Shown here piece by piece: positions 35,491 through 44,788 of a stretch of 58,656 bases of DNA. Position 1 is the stretch's first letter, and every line of letters starts with the position of its first letter. The DNA lies in IMG/VR virus record IMGVR_UViG_3300029226_000028, positions 1-58,656 of that record; one strand, written 5' to 3'. This DNA comes from a virus. Its lineage: Duplodnaviria > Caudoviricetes. The position numbers were made by a program, and so were the translations under genes. The notes beneath the pieces were generated by a model. That model searched no databases, had not been told where the DNA came from, and saw only the letters and a program-made list of their open reading frames with translations.

Positions 35491-35565
35491 GGTAGTTTCC
35501 TTTCAAAATGTGGGACACACTTTAACGCCCTGTCGCACATGGGGCGATGCCGGGTTTCCCCGGAA

Positions 35566-36165
35566 TTACTTGACCTTGACGGTCGAAAAACGTTGACGGA
35601 ATGCGCCGAACAGTTCCATCGGAACATCGACACCATCAGCCAGCATTGTGGTGATGGTCTTGGCAAGGGTCTGTGGATGCACGGACGACTTGCGCTTGCA
35701 TGGCAATGCCTTCTTGCGCTGTGCCATGTCACGTTCGAATTTGTCTGCCCACTGGTTGTCATCGCGACCGAATTCGATTGTGAACTGGCGTTTGATGATG
35801 CCATTTTCGTTGTTGTCAATCAACCAGTCCAGCGCATCCTTCTGCGTCTTGGCAGGGATGGTGGCACGGATGCGTTCACTGACGGTGACGACGATGCCTT
35901 CCTTGGTGGTGAACGATGTCATTTCAGCGGTGTCCATCAGATCGGGCAATATCTTTTCACCCAAGTGAACGACGTTGGCTTTGGCTTCCTTCATCTGTTC
36001 TTCCAGCGCTGCGACCAGCGCCTGTGCATCCTTCAGATCGACAGCTGTTGCACTGATCTGTTTGATGATGTTGTCACCAACTTCTGGCTTGAACGCTGCA
36101 TAGGCGTCAGCGCCCGTGTCGGAACCAGTTGAATTTGCGTCGGGCTTTTTGGCTGATTGTTTCAT
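35566..36165 (-). CDS. Conserved replication-module protein
   Basis: Coiled coil, LPDLM, ALDWL....IIK and VHPQTL motifs. Confidence 0.75.
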   Translation of the reverse strand: MKQSAKKPDANSTGSDTGADAYAAFKPEVGDNIIKQISATAVDLKDAQALVAALEEQMKEAKANVVHLGEKILPDLMDTAEMTSFTTKEGIVVTVSERIRATIPAKTQKDALDWLIDNNENGIIKRQFTIEFGRDDNQWADKFERDMAQRKKALPCKRKSSVHPQTLAKTITTMLADGVDVPMELFGAFRQRFSTVKVK

Positions 36166-36433
36166 CTATTTTATACCTTTTCTTCAGTTGTTTTATATAC
36201 AGGTCCAGCACTTGTTCTTCGCGCAGTGGACCCATTGATCCCACGGCTGATCGGGACGGGAAGTCCAGTTCAACCATGGCTTCGAAAGTCACCATCATAG
36301 GTGAATTCAGATAGGGTGACAAGTCAAGAATTTCTTCCCGACCGTTAACATATGTTGCCACATGTTCGATCTTCCTGCAGTCATCATCGGAATGATCATC
36401 GTTCCAAGAATATGTCCAACCGCGATGTCTCAT
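36107..36433 (-). CDS. Hypothetical protein
   Basis: 108 aa, ATGA-coupled. Confidence 0.6.
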   Translation of the reverse strand: MRHRGWTYSWNDDHSDDDCRKIEHVATYVNGREEILDLSPYLNSPMMVTFEAMVELDFPSRSAVGSMGPLREEQVLDLYIKQLKKRYKIDETISQKARRKFNWFRHGR

Positions 36434-36771
36434 TCGTCAAAGACTTGTGCGCTGATCGGGATATATCCCTTTTCACCCATGTTCCATTGCAGGGTGTTGA
36501 CCCGGTCGATCTTGTCGCCAAGCAGCATGCCGATCCACAGGATGAAGTTCGGGTTGCCGATCAGCAGCAGGTGATCTTCTTCGGTGAAGTCTTCAAGCCC
36601 AACACGAAGCTGTTCAAGGATGTGTTCAGGTTCGAAGGGACGGGCACTGGACCCAAGCAGGAATTTGAATTCCCCATACTTCGCAGCAGACGAAATGTCG
36701 AAACGACTTTTCAGTTCACCTGTCCGGGGGCCGCGGGATTGTTGGTCTTGTATGACGTAAACTATTGACAT
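36430..36771 (-). CDS. Conserved hypothetical protein (Rossmann-like)
   Basis: VYVIQ...D.S.A.KYGE...F...D.LLLIG.P...LQW. Confidence 0.7.
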   Translation of the reverse strand: MSIVYVIQDQQSRGPRTGELKSRFDISSAAKYGEFKFLLGSSARPFEPEHILEQLRVGLEDFTEEDHLLLIGNPNFILWIGMLLGDKIDRVNTLQWNMGEKGYIPISAQVFDE

Positions 36772-36772
36772 T

Positions 36773-38233
36773 CTATATCCATTCTTTGACACGGTCACCA
36801 GTGATCTGGGTCGCGATGTCGAATTTGCTTCTTAGCGCACGGACGATGTGTTCGTCAATCGTATCAGGCGCAACCAAGTCTATATATGAAACCGGGTGTT
36901 CCTGTCCAATTCTATGTGCACGGTCTTCAGATTGCAAGCGATCCACCATCTTGAAGCTGTTGCTGTAATAGATCACGGTGCGTGCTGCAGTCAGTGTCAG
37001 GCCGGTGGCACCCGCTGCAGGGTTGGCGACGAAGAACTGTGCATCCCCCTTCTGGAAGTCTTCCTTCGCTTGGGCACGATCCAGTTCATCGACCTTGCCA
37101 TCATATCGAACAGCCTTGTCACCCAGCGCTTCCATGATCAGGTCAATGTCTTTCCTGAACCGACCCCAAATGATTGCCTTGTGACCCAGACCTTCAGTGA
37201 TTTCCAGCAGTTCATCCAGACGTGGGTTCTTGCCGGGGATCATTTCGATTGGTTCATCAGCTTCAGCTGCGACATATCCACAGATGACCTGTTGAAGACG
37301 CAGCAACCGAACGATTGCCAGCGGTGCTTCGACGATGGAACCTGATTCAAGTTCGGCTTCGAACGTGTTCACCAGATCGTCATAGATGCGCTGTTGTTCG
37401 GTGGTCAATGTGATGTAGCGCTTGGAATACAATTTCGGTGGCAGGTCCAGAACTTCGTCCTTGGTCTTGCGTGATCCGACCCAGCGAAGCAGGTCATGCA
37501 GATCGTCGATGTTCTTGTATTCCAGCAGCTGGTCGAAGCCGGGATCATAGCCATCTTCACGCATGACTTCTTCAGCCGTGCGCCAAACACCATATCGACG
37601 CTTGAAGTGATGGAACTTGAACAGACCACGGTCAGCCCAAAAGGAAGGCTTCACCCAGCGTGCCTGTGAATAGATATCGAACGGACCTTGGGCAATTGGT
37701 GTCCCTGTCATCAGGCGACGGAATGGCGCATGCTTCCCAGCTGCGATGATGGACATGGTGCGCTTGGCACCGGGGGTCTTGATGTTGTGCGCTTCGTCCA
37801 GCGCGAACAGGCACCGACGCTTCTTCAGGAATGCCCACACAGCCTTCTTCCCGGCTTTGGTCATGAACCCTTCATATCCGATGGCAAGCACTGCCAGACC
37901 TTTGTGGTTGATGATGTCCTTGACTGCCTTGGCATGCCAGTTTGTGCTGGCACGTTTCGATTGCCAGATGTGGGTGCGAACATCAGAACGCAGCCGGTCA
38001 GGCATGTGGGCAGGGATTTCATCCGTGATCCAGTTCCGGTGCACCCCATTGGGCGCAACGATCAGAAGACCATTCACTTCGTCGGCTTCATAGAGATAGG
38101 CGACGTTGTCAATCACTGGCTTGGTCTTGCCAGTTCCCTGTTCCCAGAACAGCGCGAACGAAGCACGATCCTTGTGCTTGTCAAAGATTTCCTGCTGATG
38201 CGCGAAGGGCTTGGTCTTGAATTCGTATGTCAT
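36773..38233 (-). CDS. SNF2-like SF2 helicase
   Basis: EQGTGKT, DEAH, MTGTP, GLTLTAA and QSEDRAHRIGQ. Confidence 0.93.
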   Translation of the reverse strand: MTYEFKTKPFAHQQEIFDKHKDRASFALFWEQGTGKTKPVIDNVAYLYEADEVNGLLIVAPNGVHRNWITDEIPAHMPDRLRSDVRTHIWQSKRASTNWHAKAVKDIINHKGLAVLAIGYEGFMTKAGKKAVWAFLKKRRCLFALDEAHNIKTPGAKRTMSIIAAGKHAPFRRLMTGTPIAQGPFDIYSQARWVKPSFWADRGLFKFHHFKRRYGVWRTAEEVMREDGYDPGFDQLLEYKNIDDLHDLLRWVGSRKTKDEVLDLPPKLYSKRYITLTTEQQRIYDDLVNTFEAELESGSIVEAPLAIVRLLRLQQVICGYVAAEADEPIEMIPGKNPRLDELLEITEGLGHKAIIWGRFRKDIDLIMEALGDKAVRYDGKVDELDRAQAKEDFQKGDAQFFVANPAAGATGLTLTAARTVIYYSNSFKMVDRLQSEDRAHRIGQEHPVSYIDLVAPDTIDEHIVRALRSKFDIATQITGDRVKEWI

Positions 38234-38254
38234 ATTTTATCCATTTCTGATTTC

Positions 38255-38286
38255 AGGTTTTACGCGATGCCTAGACAAAACGCAAG
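38255..38286 (-). promoter_or_regulatory. Promoter for the helicase/replication operon (shares the TTGCGTTTTGTCT core)
   Basis: Minus strand TTGCGTTTTGTCTAGGCATCGCGTAAAAC. Confidence 0.6.
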
Positions 38287-38295
38287 GGTTTTATT

Positions 38296-38471
38296 TTGAT
38301 AGACTTGATAGACCTTTTCTTTGATCTAAATCTTTTTGAAAGAAAATATATTATAGGGCTGTATGTTTTCCTGTGGGCAAACTTTGTGTATAGTATATCT
38401 ATCAAGTCTATCAACAAAAACGGCAACCCCTTGTTTTCATTAGGGATTGCCGCAAATCACTGATAGACCTT
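38296..38471. repeat. AT-rich non-coding locus with GATAGAC boxes (cluster 3)
   Basis: tgatagacttgatagacct, inverted tctatcaagtctatca and tgatagacct; 28-bp block shared with 12899-12926. Confidence 0.75.
38416..38452 (-). terminator. Terminator after the endolysin
   Basis: Minus strand CGGCAATCCCT...AGGGGTTGCCG-TTTTT. Confidence 0.65.
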
Positions 38472-38480
38472 GATCAGCCG

Positions 38481-38945
38481 TTATTGGATTTCATAGTGGG
38501 GTCCGTCGATGAAGTCGGGACCGGCATGTCGAACGCAATAGTCAGCGACCGCCTTTTTCATGGTGCCGGGTTGGTGCCCAAAGTCATTGAAATCGACGTC
38601 CCAGACGCCACCCCAACGCAAGACCAGACCGACTTCCTTGGCTGCACGGTTCACTGCCAGCGCCACAGGATAGATCAAAGGCCATTCCCAGCGTGGTCCA
38701 CCGTTGGCATAAGGGACAAGGTCAACCGCGTGACCGAACCCATCCTTCTGCACAAGGTGCATGCTGTTCATGGTCTTGGATGCGCCGATCCTGACCAGTT
38801 CCTTTTGTTCAGTCCGGGTTCGAACACCCGACGTCACGCTGAAGTCTTGGGTGGTGTAAAGGATCGCCTTCTTGACCACCTTGACCAGTTCAGGGTGAAC
38901 ACCTTTCAGGCGACGTTTCGATGCGGTTCCTAGTTGATAACTCAT
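38481..38945 (-). CDS. Endolysin, M15 family (L-Ala-D-Glu peptidase-like)
   Basis: L.GVHPEL, G.RT..Q, SKTMNS.H, GHAVD, RWGG.W and DGPHYE. Confidence 0.92.
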   Translation of the reverse strand: MSYQLGTASKRRLKGVHPELVKVVKKAILYTTQDFSVTSGVRTRTEQKELVRIGASKTMNSMHLVQKDGFGHAVDLVPYANGGPRWEWPLIYPVALAVNRAAKEVGLVLRWGGVWDVDFNDFGHQPGTMKKAVADYCVRHAGPDFIDGPHYEIQ

Positions 38946-40555
38946 AGTTCAGCCCTCCATTGGCCATGTTTCATGGTGATGATTGCACGCTTCCCATTCT
39001 CATAAGTGACGATATGGGAATGTGACCAAGACGAAGGTCCAGTGTTGAATTCCATATCCAACTTGGAACTTGTCCCTGCCACATATTGTCCATCGACGAT
39101 TGCAGCTGAATGGGTGTGTGCACTGTTACCCTTCAAGCCCATCTTGGACAAATTCATTGGTGTTCCACGGGCACCGTTTGGCCCAAGGTCACCATGCATT
39201 CCGTGTTCGATCCCAAGGTGCACCCAGCTTTCGTCTTCACGAAGATAGGTGACGCCATCAGGTGCCTTGGCACGATGCATCGCCCATTCCGTGGTCAGCC
39301 AGTTGCTGTCCCGTGCCTTGATGGCGTTGTATGCTGCCAGCTGCGCTTCAAGGAAATAGATCGCATTGGTTGGGTCGGATTTATAGTCAGCTTCACGCAG
39401 CCATCGCAGAAAGGCATTGTCATGATTGCTGTTGACGACAATGGTTTGACACCAGTCGCGGTCTGCATAATGTAGGAAGTCAGAAGCGTCCTGCATTTCA
39501 TCTTCGACATTGAACATGCCAGTGATGAAGCGCTTGAACATTCGATGTGGATTGCCACGGTCATGGTGGTTGCGTGCCCTGAAGTCTACCAGATCGTGGA
39601 TGGTCTGATATCTGGGACGAAGGGTGTCCAACATGCCACCGGGTTCCCACGAAGCGTCCTTGATGTTTTCGTCGATCATCAGTGCATGGATGTCACCCCA
39701 TGTGATCACCCCAACCGGCACACCGTTGATCACGCGACCCCCTGCGATCTTCATGTCAAGATCATAGATGGTTCCATCTTCCCCACCGTTCAGCTGTCGG
39801 CACCACCAGTCGCCATCGCTGTTCACTTCGACCAGAAGGGCACCATAGACGTGGTGATGCTCTGCAAGCAGCCCTGCACGCTTCTGGATGTAGTTCCGGG
39901 TTGTGACGGTGCCTGTGGTGTAAAGGAACTTGCAGTGGTCCTTGTGGGACGTTGGAACGCTTTGCATCGCCATCTTGGCGTGTGGATAGATCGCTGAATT
40001 GGCACCCGTGTGACCTTCAAGGCCGGTCAGGGGTCGTGCAGCGGTTGGAAGGGTGTTGTGTTCCCCACACCAGATCAGGCCGGGTGCCAGCTGGATGCGT
40101 TCGTCCGACTGGTCAAAGTATGGTTCGACCCGGTGGTCATACCACAGACTTCTGTCAGGATCGAAGCCATAACGCTTGGGGGTGTGGGTTCCACGCTTCA
40201 CAGCTTTCTTGCCATAGGCGTGGATGTTGTAGGAATATGATGCGACATACATCGTCGCGTCCAGATGTTCAGACATTGCTGTCAGATTTTCCCAGAAGGG
40301 TTCGAACAGGTGCGTGTTGGATTGGGCTGATGTCAGGATGTAGCGTGCAATTTCGTCACCCTTGGGCAACTTGTTGACGATCATTTCCCGGCTGTTTATT
40401 GATCCAGCCACCAAAGGCTTTTCGATCAACAACTTCTTCATATGAAATCGAACTGTCCCACGGGCAAGGCCAGTTTCACGTTGAATTGCTGCGACGTTGT
40501 CACCGCCAAGTTTGATATAGGCGGCTTCCACCACTTCATATGTTGATGCAGGCAT
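38942..40555 (-). CDS. T5 A1-like metallophosphoesterase/nuclease with N-terminal HTH
   Basis: TSAQ.NT, GDIH, HDL.DF..RNHH, SNHD, HGD.GPNG.RG, HTHS and GPSSWS.SH.V.Y.NGKR. Confidence 0.75.
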   Translation of the reverse strand: MPASTYEVVEAAYIKLGGDNVAAIQRETGLARGTVRFHMKKLLIEKPLVAGSINSREMIVNKLPKGDEIARYILTSAQSNTHLFEPFWENLTAMSEHLDATMYVASYSYNIHAYGKKAVKRGTHTPKRYGFDPDRSLWYDHRVEPYFDQSDERIQLAPGLIWCGEHNTLPTAARPLTGLEGHTGANSAIYPHAKMAMQSVPTSHKDHCKFLYTTGTVTTRNYIQKRAGLLAEHHHVYGALLVEVNSDGDWWCRQLNGGEDGTIYDLDMKIAGGRVINGVPVGVITWGDIHALMIDENIKDASWEPGGMLDTLRPRYQTIHDLVDFRARNHHDRGNPHRMFKRFITGMFNVEDEMQDASDFLHYADRDWCQTIVVNSNHDNAFLRWLREADYKSDPTNAIYFLEAQLAAYNAIKARDSNWLTTEWAMHRAKAPDGVTYLREDESWVHLGIEHGMHGDLGPNGARGTPMNLSKMGLKGNSAHTHSAAIVDGQYVAGTSSKLDMEFNTGPSSWSHSHIVTYENGKRAIITMKHGQWRAEL

Positions 40556-40566
40556 GTGTTATCCTT

Positions 40567-40848
40567 TTATGGACGGTCAAGCCGATCCAGTATTCTGTCG
40601 ATGCGTTTTGTCAGGTTTTCCATTGAATCGTGAAAGCGTTGTTCACGCAAGGCACCCTGCTTTTCCATTTCGGTCAGCTGGATTGAATTCACATATTCTT
40701 TCGCGACCACCAGTTTGTAGTCAGACAGGTCGCGTCCATTCTGGATCACACGCTGCCACAGTTTCCAGACGATCCCGGCCACGAAGGAAATGATACCAAG
40801 GACCAAGCCCAAGATCGTCAAAAGTTGTGTCAGTGTGATGCCATCCAT
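40567..40848 (-). CDS. Membrane-anchored coiled-coil protein (lysis-associated?)
   Basis: N-terminal TM plus coiled coil ending IDRILD. Confidence 0.65.
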   Translation of the reverse strand: MDGITLTQLLTILGLVLGIISFVAGIVWKLWQRVIQNGRDLSDYKLVVAKEYVNSIQLTEMEKQGALREQRFHDSMENLTKRIDRILDRLDRP

Positions 40849-40857
40849 GGTGATTTC

Positions 40858-41238
40858 CTATTCCTGTTGCGCTTTAGCCAGATCAATTCGCCGCTTGGCT
40901 TCTGTGATCCACCGAAGAAGTTCAGCTTGGTTCTGTGATAGCCTTTCATAGTCGGCTGGCGCAAGTCCAAAAAGCACCCATTCATCCATAGATGGCAAAC
41001 GGTCGGGGGTCACAACCACCCAAGTGACGGGCAACATGACCACCGGGGGTGGCGCATCAGGCAGGATGACGTCGGGTGGTCGATCAAGATCAATTGGGGC
41101 AGTCGAGATTTCCAACGGCACCGCTTGCGGTTTCGAGCATGCAACCAATCCTAGCAGTGCCAGAATTAAGACGGCTTTCGATAAGACCCGGCTTGGCACC
41201 GGCCAGTTCATTAAGGTCGTGTTCTGCAAATAGGCCAT
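40858..41238 (-). CDS. Outer-membrane spanin (Rz1-like lipoprotein)
   Basis: Lipobox LVAC, Pro-rich, overlaps the i-spanin 3' end; exact start uncertain. Confidence 0.75.
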   Translation of the reverse strand: MAYLQNTTLMNWPVPSRVLSKAVLILALLGLVACSKPQAVPLEISTAPIDLDRPPDVILPDAPPPVVMLPVTWVVVTPDRLPSMDEWVLFGLAPADYERLSQNQAELLRWITEAKRRIDLAKAQQE

Positions 41239-41527
41239 TCAATCTTTCCTGTTCTGCTTGGGCTTCGACCGCGATCTGTCGAACCACTTCAGCTTGGGCT
41301 TCTAATGCAGCATAAGCATCTTTCCAGTCGGTCGCGTTCTGTTGGGCTGCAACAATCGTTTCAGTTTGAACATCAATGGCTAGTTCCAGCTTGGCTTCAT
41401 TAGCTATTGACACTGCCAAATCAGACACAATTCCCTTATAGTGGCTATACCCCAAGGTGATCGTTGTGACAATGGCAAGCCCAACGAAACCATAGATCGC
41501 CATTTTTATTCCTGATAATCCAAGCAT
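41090..41527 (-). CDS. Inner-membrane spanin (Rz-like)
   Basis: N-terminal TM plus long coiled coil; C-terminal cysteines. Confidence 0.75.
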   Translation of the reverse strand: MLGLSGIKMAIYGFVGLAIVTTITLGYSHYKGIVSDLAVSIANEAKLELAIDVQTETIVAAQQNATDWKDAYAALEAQAEVVRQIAVEAQAEQERLNGLFAEHDLNELAGAKPGLIESRLNSGTARIGCMLETASGAVGNLDCPN

Positions 41528-41815
41528 TTAACTGTTCCTTATTGATATTTCATCGGTCTGGTTTTTTGTTTCACGTGTTTGTGTGAAAGTGCTTGCACCA
41601 AAATAGGCCAATATCACTGAAGCCCAAACACCAAACACAGTGCCCAAGACAAACGACATGGCCTGAACGCGATCCGCCACGCCCGTGAAGGTCATACCAG
41701 CAACCACAAGGACCATGGCACCCACTGACAGGAACCAGAAGGACAGCCACGCCATCTTGCGACGGTTCTTGAACTGATCTTTCTGTTGGTTATTGGTCAG
41801 GTTTGTTTGTGTCAT
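41528..41815 (-). CDS. Putative holin (2 TM)
   Basis: RRKMAW, two TM helices, AYFG; heads the lysis cassette. Confidence 0.65.
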   Translation of the reverse strand: MTQTNLTNNQQKDQFKNRRKMAWLSFWFLSVGAMVLVVAGMTFTGVADRVQAMSFVLGTVFGVWASVILAYFGASTFTQTRETKNQTDEISIRNS

Positions 41816-44778
41816 GCGATTGATCCCGCGATTGTGTCAATATATCCATCACTGTTGCCACCTGCAACCCTGTTGAATTCAAGGGTGATCCGAACTGTTC
41901 TTGTGTCTACTGGGACAGATACACCACTGATTTGACGAAGGTTCCACTGTGCAGATGATGATGCAACCAAGCCGGGTCCAGCATTTGTGCCCAAGCTGGT
42001 CATGACGTTGTCGAAGAATTCCAATTTGATGTTTGCTTCGTCGCTGCCTGCAAATGATGTCTGATACCATTCCAAATAGATCAGTGCTGTTCCAGCGTCG
42101 ATGTTGGTTTCTTCACCAACTGGAACAGCCACATCCTGATATGATTCAGTTGTTGCGAATGCACCTGCATAGAAATACCAGCTTCCAGCATGTGGGTTTG
42201 GTGTTGTTGCCCTGACCGTCATGGTTCCAACAGATGATGTCCAACCAGTGACGTCACCTGTTTCAGCATCAGCATTTGTGATTGATAGTGCTGTTCCGGG
42301 AAGGAACTGGCTTAGTTCAAATGGATAGATACCATATCCGAGTGACACCAATGACCCTGCAGATGTTCTTGCGAACACCCTTGCTTGAACATCAGCTTCA
42401 TTGATGCTGGTCAAGTTGAAGGGAATTGAATAGGTCAAGACACTATCAGCAACAGTTCCAGATAATGTGGCATTCAACACCCCACCAACATAAACGTCGA
42501 TCAGATAGTTTTCGACTTCATCAGGGGTTTCAGCTGCATCACCATCAAAGGCTGCAGCCAGCACTTCAGCTTGCCGTGGTGACCATGTGATATTTCTGGC
42601 AACTTGGTCACCAACAATATGGTTCAAGGCGCGTGTGCCGTCCAGCTGCAGGTCAGTTGGATGGACTGGCAATTCATTCAGGTTGTCGGTGAACGTTGTC
42701 AGGACAGCTGCACCTTCATCATTGGCCTGTCTTGATCCACCAGCTGTGTCCAGAAGTCGTGTGGTGAACTGGACGTTCTTTGCCAGCGTGCTAAGATTGC
42801 CAAACCCAAAGGCTTCGACAGGTATTGTGTAAAGACGGGTTGAAACTGCATGGGTTTCAATGGTGGTTCCAAACAATCCACGTTGGATATTGGTCAAGGT
42901 CCAGTTGCCACTGCCATTGTCAGTCGCAGTTCCATAGGCCATCCATTCATCGCCCATGATGATGATCCCAGAATATTCATCATGGATTTCAGGATCGGTC
43001 AAAGATGTGGCAAATAGTTCATCACCAAGGACGTTGTTCAATACGATCCCAACTGTGGTATCCTTGCCGGTCAGCCATCCAGTGAATTGATCATATTCAG
43101 TGGTCAATAAACCACTGGCTTCATAGGGCACGAATTCTGGTTCACGCAACGCATCATCAACTGTGTCACCAGCACCATTGTTGAAGATCAAGGCATCATA
43201 GAAGTTTGACGCTGTTCCCGGCTGTGCTGCTAATGGAACGAAGCCAAGGTTGGTGGCAGGAATAGGGAATTCAAGTTTGCTTATGAAGAAGCGTGGCATC
43301 TGCACGATCCGACTGGCAACAATATCTGTTGGCAGAACTTCAACATTGACCCAGCTGCTTGGTGGTTGATTAGCAAATACTGTGTCCGACACTGCGAAGC
43401 TGTCTTGGATCGCTTCAACCACAATCCTTCCATCAACCAGTTCGCCAAGATCGAAACGTTGAACACGCATGATCAGGCTGTTAATATTGTATTCAGGCCA
43501 ACTGAATTTGAAAACTGAACCGGGTCGCAAAGTGTTGGCACTTCTGTTCATTTGGATAGTGGCACGGAATAGGGGCACAGACACCTGTGACCGTTCCCTT
43601 GATGCCAAATTTGTTGCCAATTCGGTGTCATAGCAAAATGGAAATGACATTGTGTTGGTCAGCAACTTGCCGATGGTTGCAACAACAGCCATGTCTTGTG
43701 AAATCGCCACCCGGTCACTGTCGCGGTCACGCTGTGGATACATCACTTTCACTTGGGCACGAACTTCATCCCATGTGGTTTTGGTGAATGATTTCACTGC
43801 TACAATTCCACCTTCATCATAGATTGGAAGATCATCAATAACATAATCATCCCGGATCAATTTAATTTTGATCTTTCCAGTTGCCGGGTCTTGATACATC
43901 ATCCCATCAATCTGACGAAGGATTTCATTGATCACCTTCTTGCCATCAGCTTCAGATGTCACGATCACCGACACACCATTTCCTTCAGCATGCAGAGTGG
44001 CACCAGCTGTGGCGAAATCAGTCAAATCAATATCAGCTGTACTGATCCCAAGACCACGCCAATCATCTGTCATTATCTGATAAAGTGCTTCCATTGGGTT
44101 CATATCCAACCCACCATTTACAGTGCCACTGTCGGGAAGGGTTAATGCATTGGTGAAACTTTCCAGAACGAAGGCAAATGGGCGAAGATTGTTCTGTTCC
44201 CCAATGTTGGCTTTTTCGAAAACGATATGTGACATGCCATTATAGGCAGGCACATTCCCGGCACCAACTTGACCTTCCATATAGGTATCAACATTTTGTG
44301 TGAAATTTCCATTGTAGAATTTGCCAGTTGAAACCCAACCACCACCTTCTTTATATCCACCAAACAAACTTCCTTTGTTGATGTTGATCACAGTTTCAGC
44401 AGCACCAGCAGTGTCACCAGTCCAGACCAGTTCATCATCTAAATAGATTTCAATCAGTTCAACAGCAGGTCCAAGACATAGCCCAAGATGAACCCCAACG
44501 AAGTAGGTGTGACCAATGACCACCTGTGATGAACTGAACAACCCTGTCTTCACTTTTTGTGTGATTGGCTTCGCTTCATAGTCACCATACCATAGGGTGT
44601 TCGGACCCTTCAGTCGAACACGACCAAGGATCAATGGGATAGGTGCGTTTTCAGTTGCAGTTGGAAACTGGACGTCTTGCAATGCACCTGCACGTGCATT
44701 TTCGAATTCAGGTTTTGGTGCCAACAAAGCTGTCAGCAAGAATGAAACAATAAATAGTGCGAGTTGAAACCAGATCAT
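41812..44778 (-). CDS. Tail tip/central hub protein (GTA g15-like) with C-terminal carbohydrate-binding-like domain
   Basis: 988 aa; PIP.I.G...GPN.LWYGD, NP...YQI.T..WRGLG, LRPG.VF and RGLFGT. Confidence 0.85.
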   Translation of the reverse strand: MIWFQLALFIVSFLLTALLAPKPEFENARAGALQDVQFPTATENAPIPLILGRVRLKGPNTLWYGDYEAKPITQKVKTGLFSSSQVVIGHTYFVGVHLGLCLGPAVELIEIYLDDELVWTGDTAGAAETVININKGSLFGGYKEGGGWVSTGKFYNGNFTQNVDTYMEGQVGAGNVPAYNGMSHIVFEKANIGEQNNLRPFAFVLESFTNALTLPDSGTVNGGLDMNPMEALYQIMTDDWRGLGISTADIDLTDFATAGATLHAEGNGVSVIVTSEADGKKVINEILRQIDGMMYQDPATGKIKIKLIRDDYVIDDLPIYDEGGIVAVKSFTKTTWDEVRAQVKVMYPQRDRDSDRVAISQDMAVVATIGKLLTNTMSFPFCYDTELATNLASRERSQVSVPLFRATIQMNRSANTLRPGSVFKFSWPEYNINSLIMRVQRFDLGELVDGRIVVEAIQDSFAVSDTVFANQPPSSWVNVEVLPTDIVASRIVQMPRFFISKLEFPIPATNLGFVPLAAQPGTASNFYDALIFNNGAGDTVDDALREPEFVPYEASGLLTTEYDQFTGWLTGKDTTVGIVLNNVLGDELFATSLTDPEIHDEYSGIIIMGDEWMAYGTATDNGSGNWTLTNIQRGLFGTTIETHAVSTRLYTIPVEAFGFGNLSTLAKNVQFTTRLLDTAGGSRQANDEGAAVLTTFTDNLNELPVHPTDLQLDGTRALNHIVGDQVARNITWSPRQAEVLAAAFDGDAAETPDEVENYLIDVYVGGVLNATLSGTVADSVLTYSIPFNLTSINEADVQARVFARTSAGSLVSLGYGIYPFELSQFLPGTALSITNADAETGDVTGWTSSVGTMTVRATTPNPHAGSWYFYAGAFATTESYQDVAVPVGEETNIDAGTALIYLEWYQTSFAGSDEANIKLEFFDNVMTSLGTNAGPGLVASSSAQWNLRQISGVSVPVDTRTVRITLEFNRVAGGNSDGYIDTIAGSIA

Positions 44779-44788
44779 GCTTTATCTT

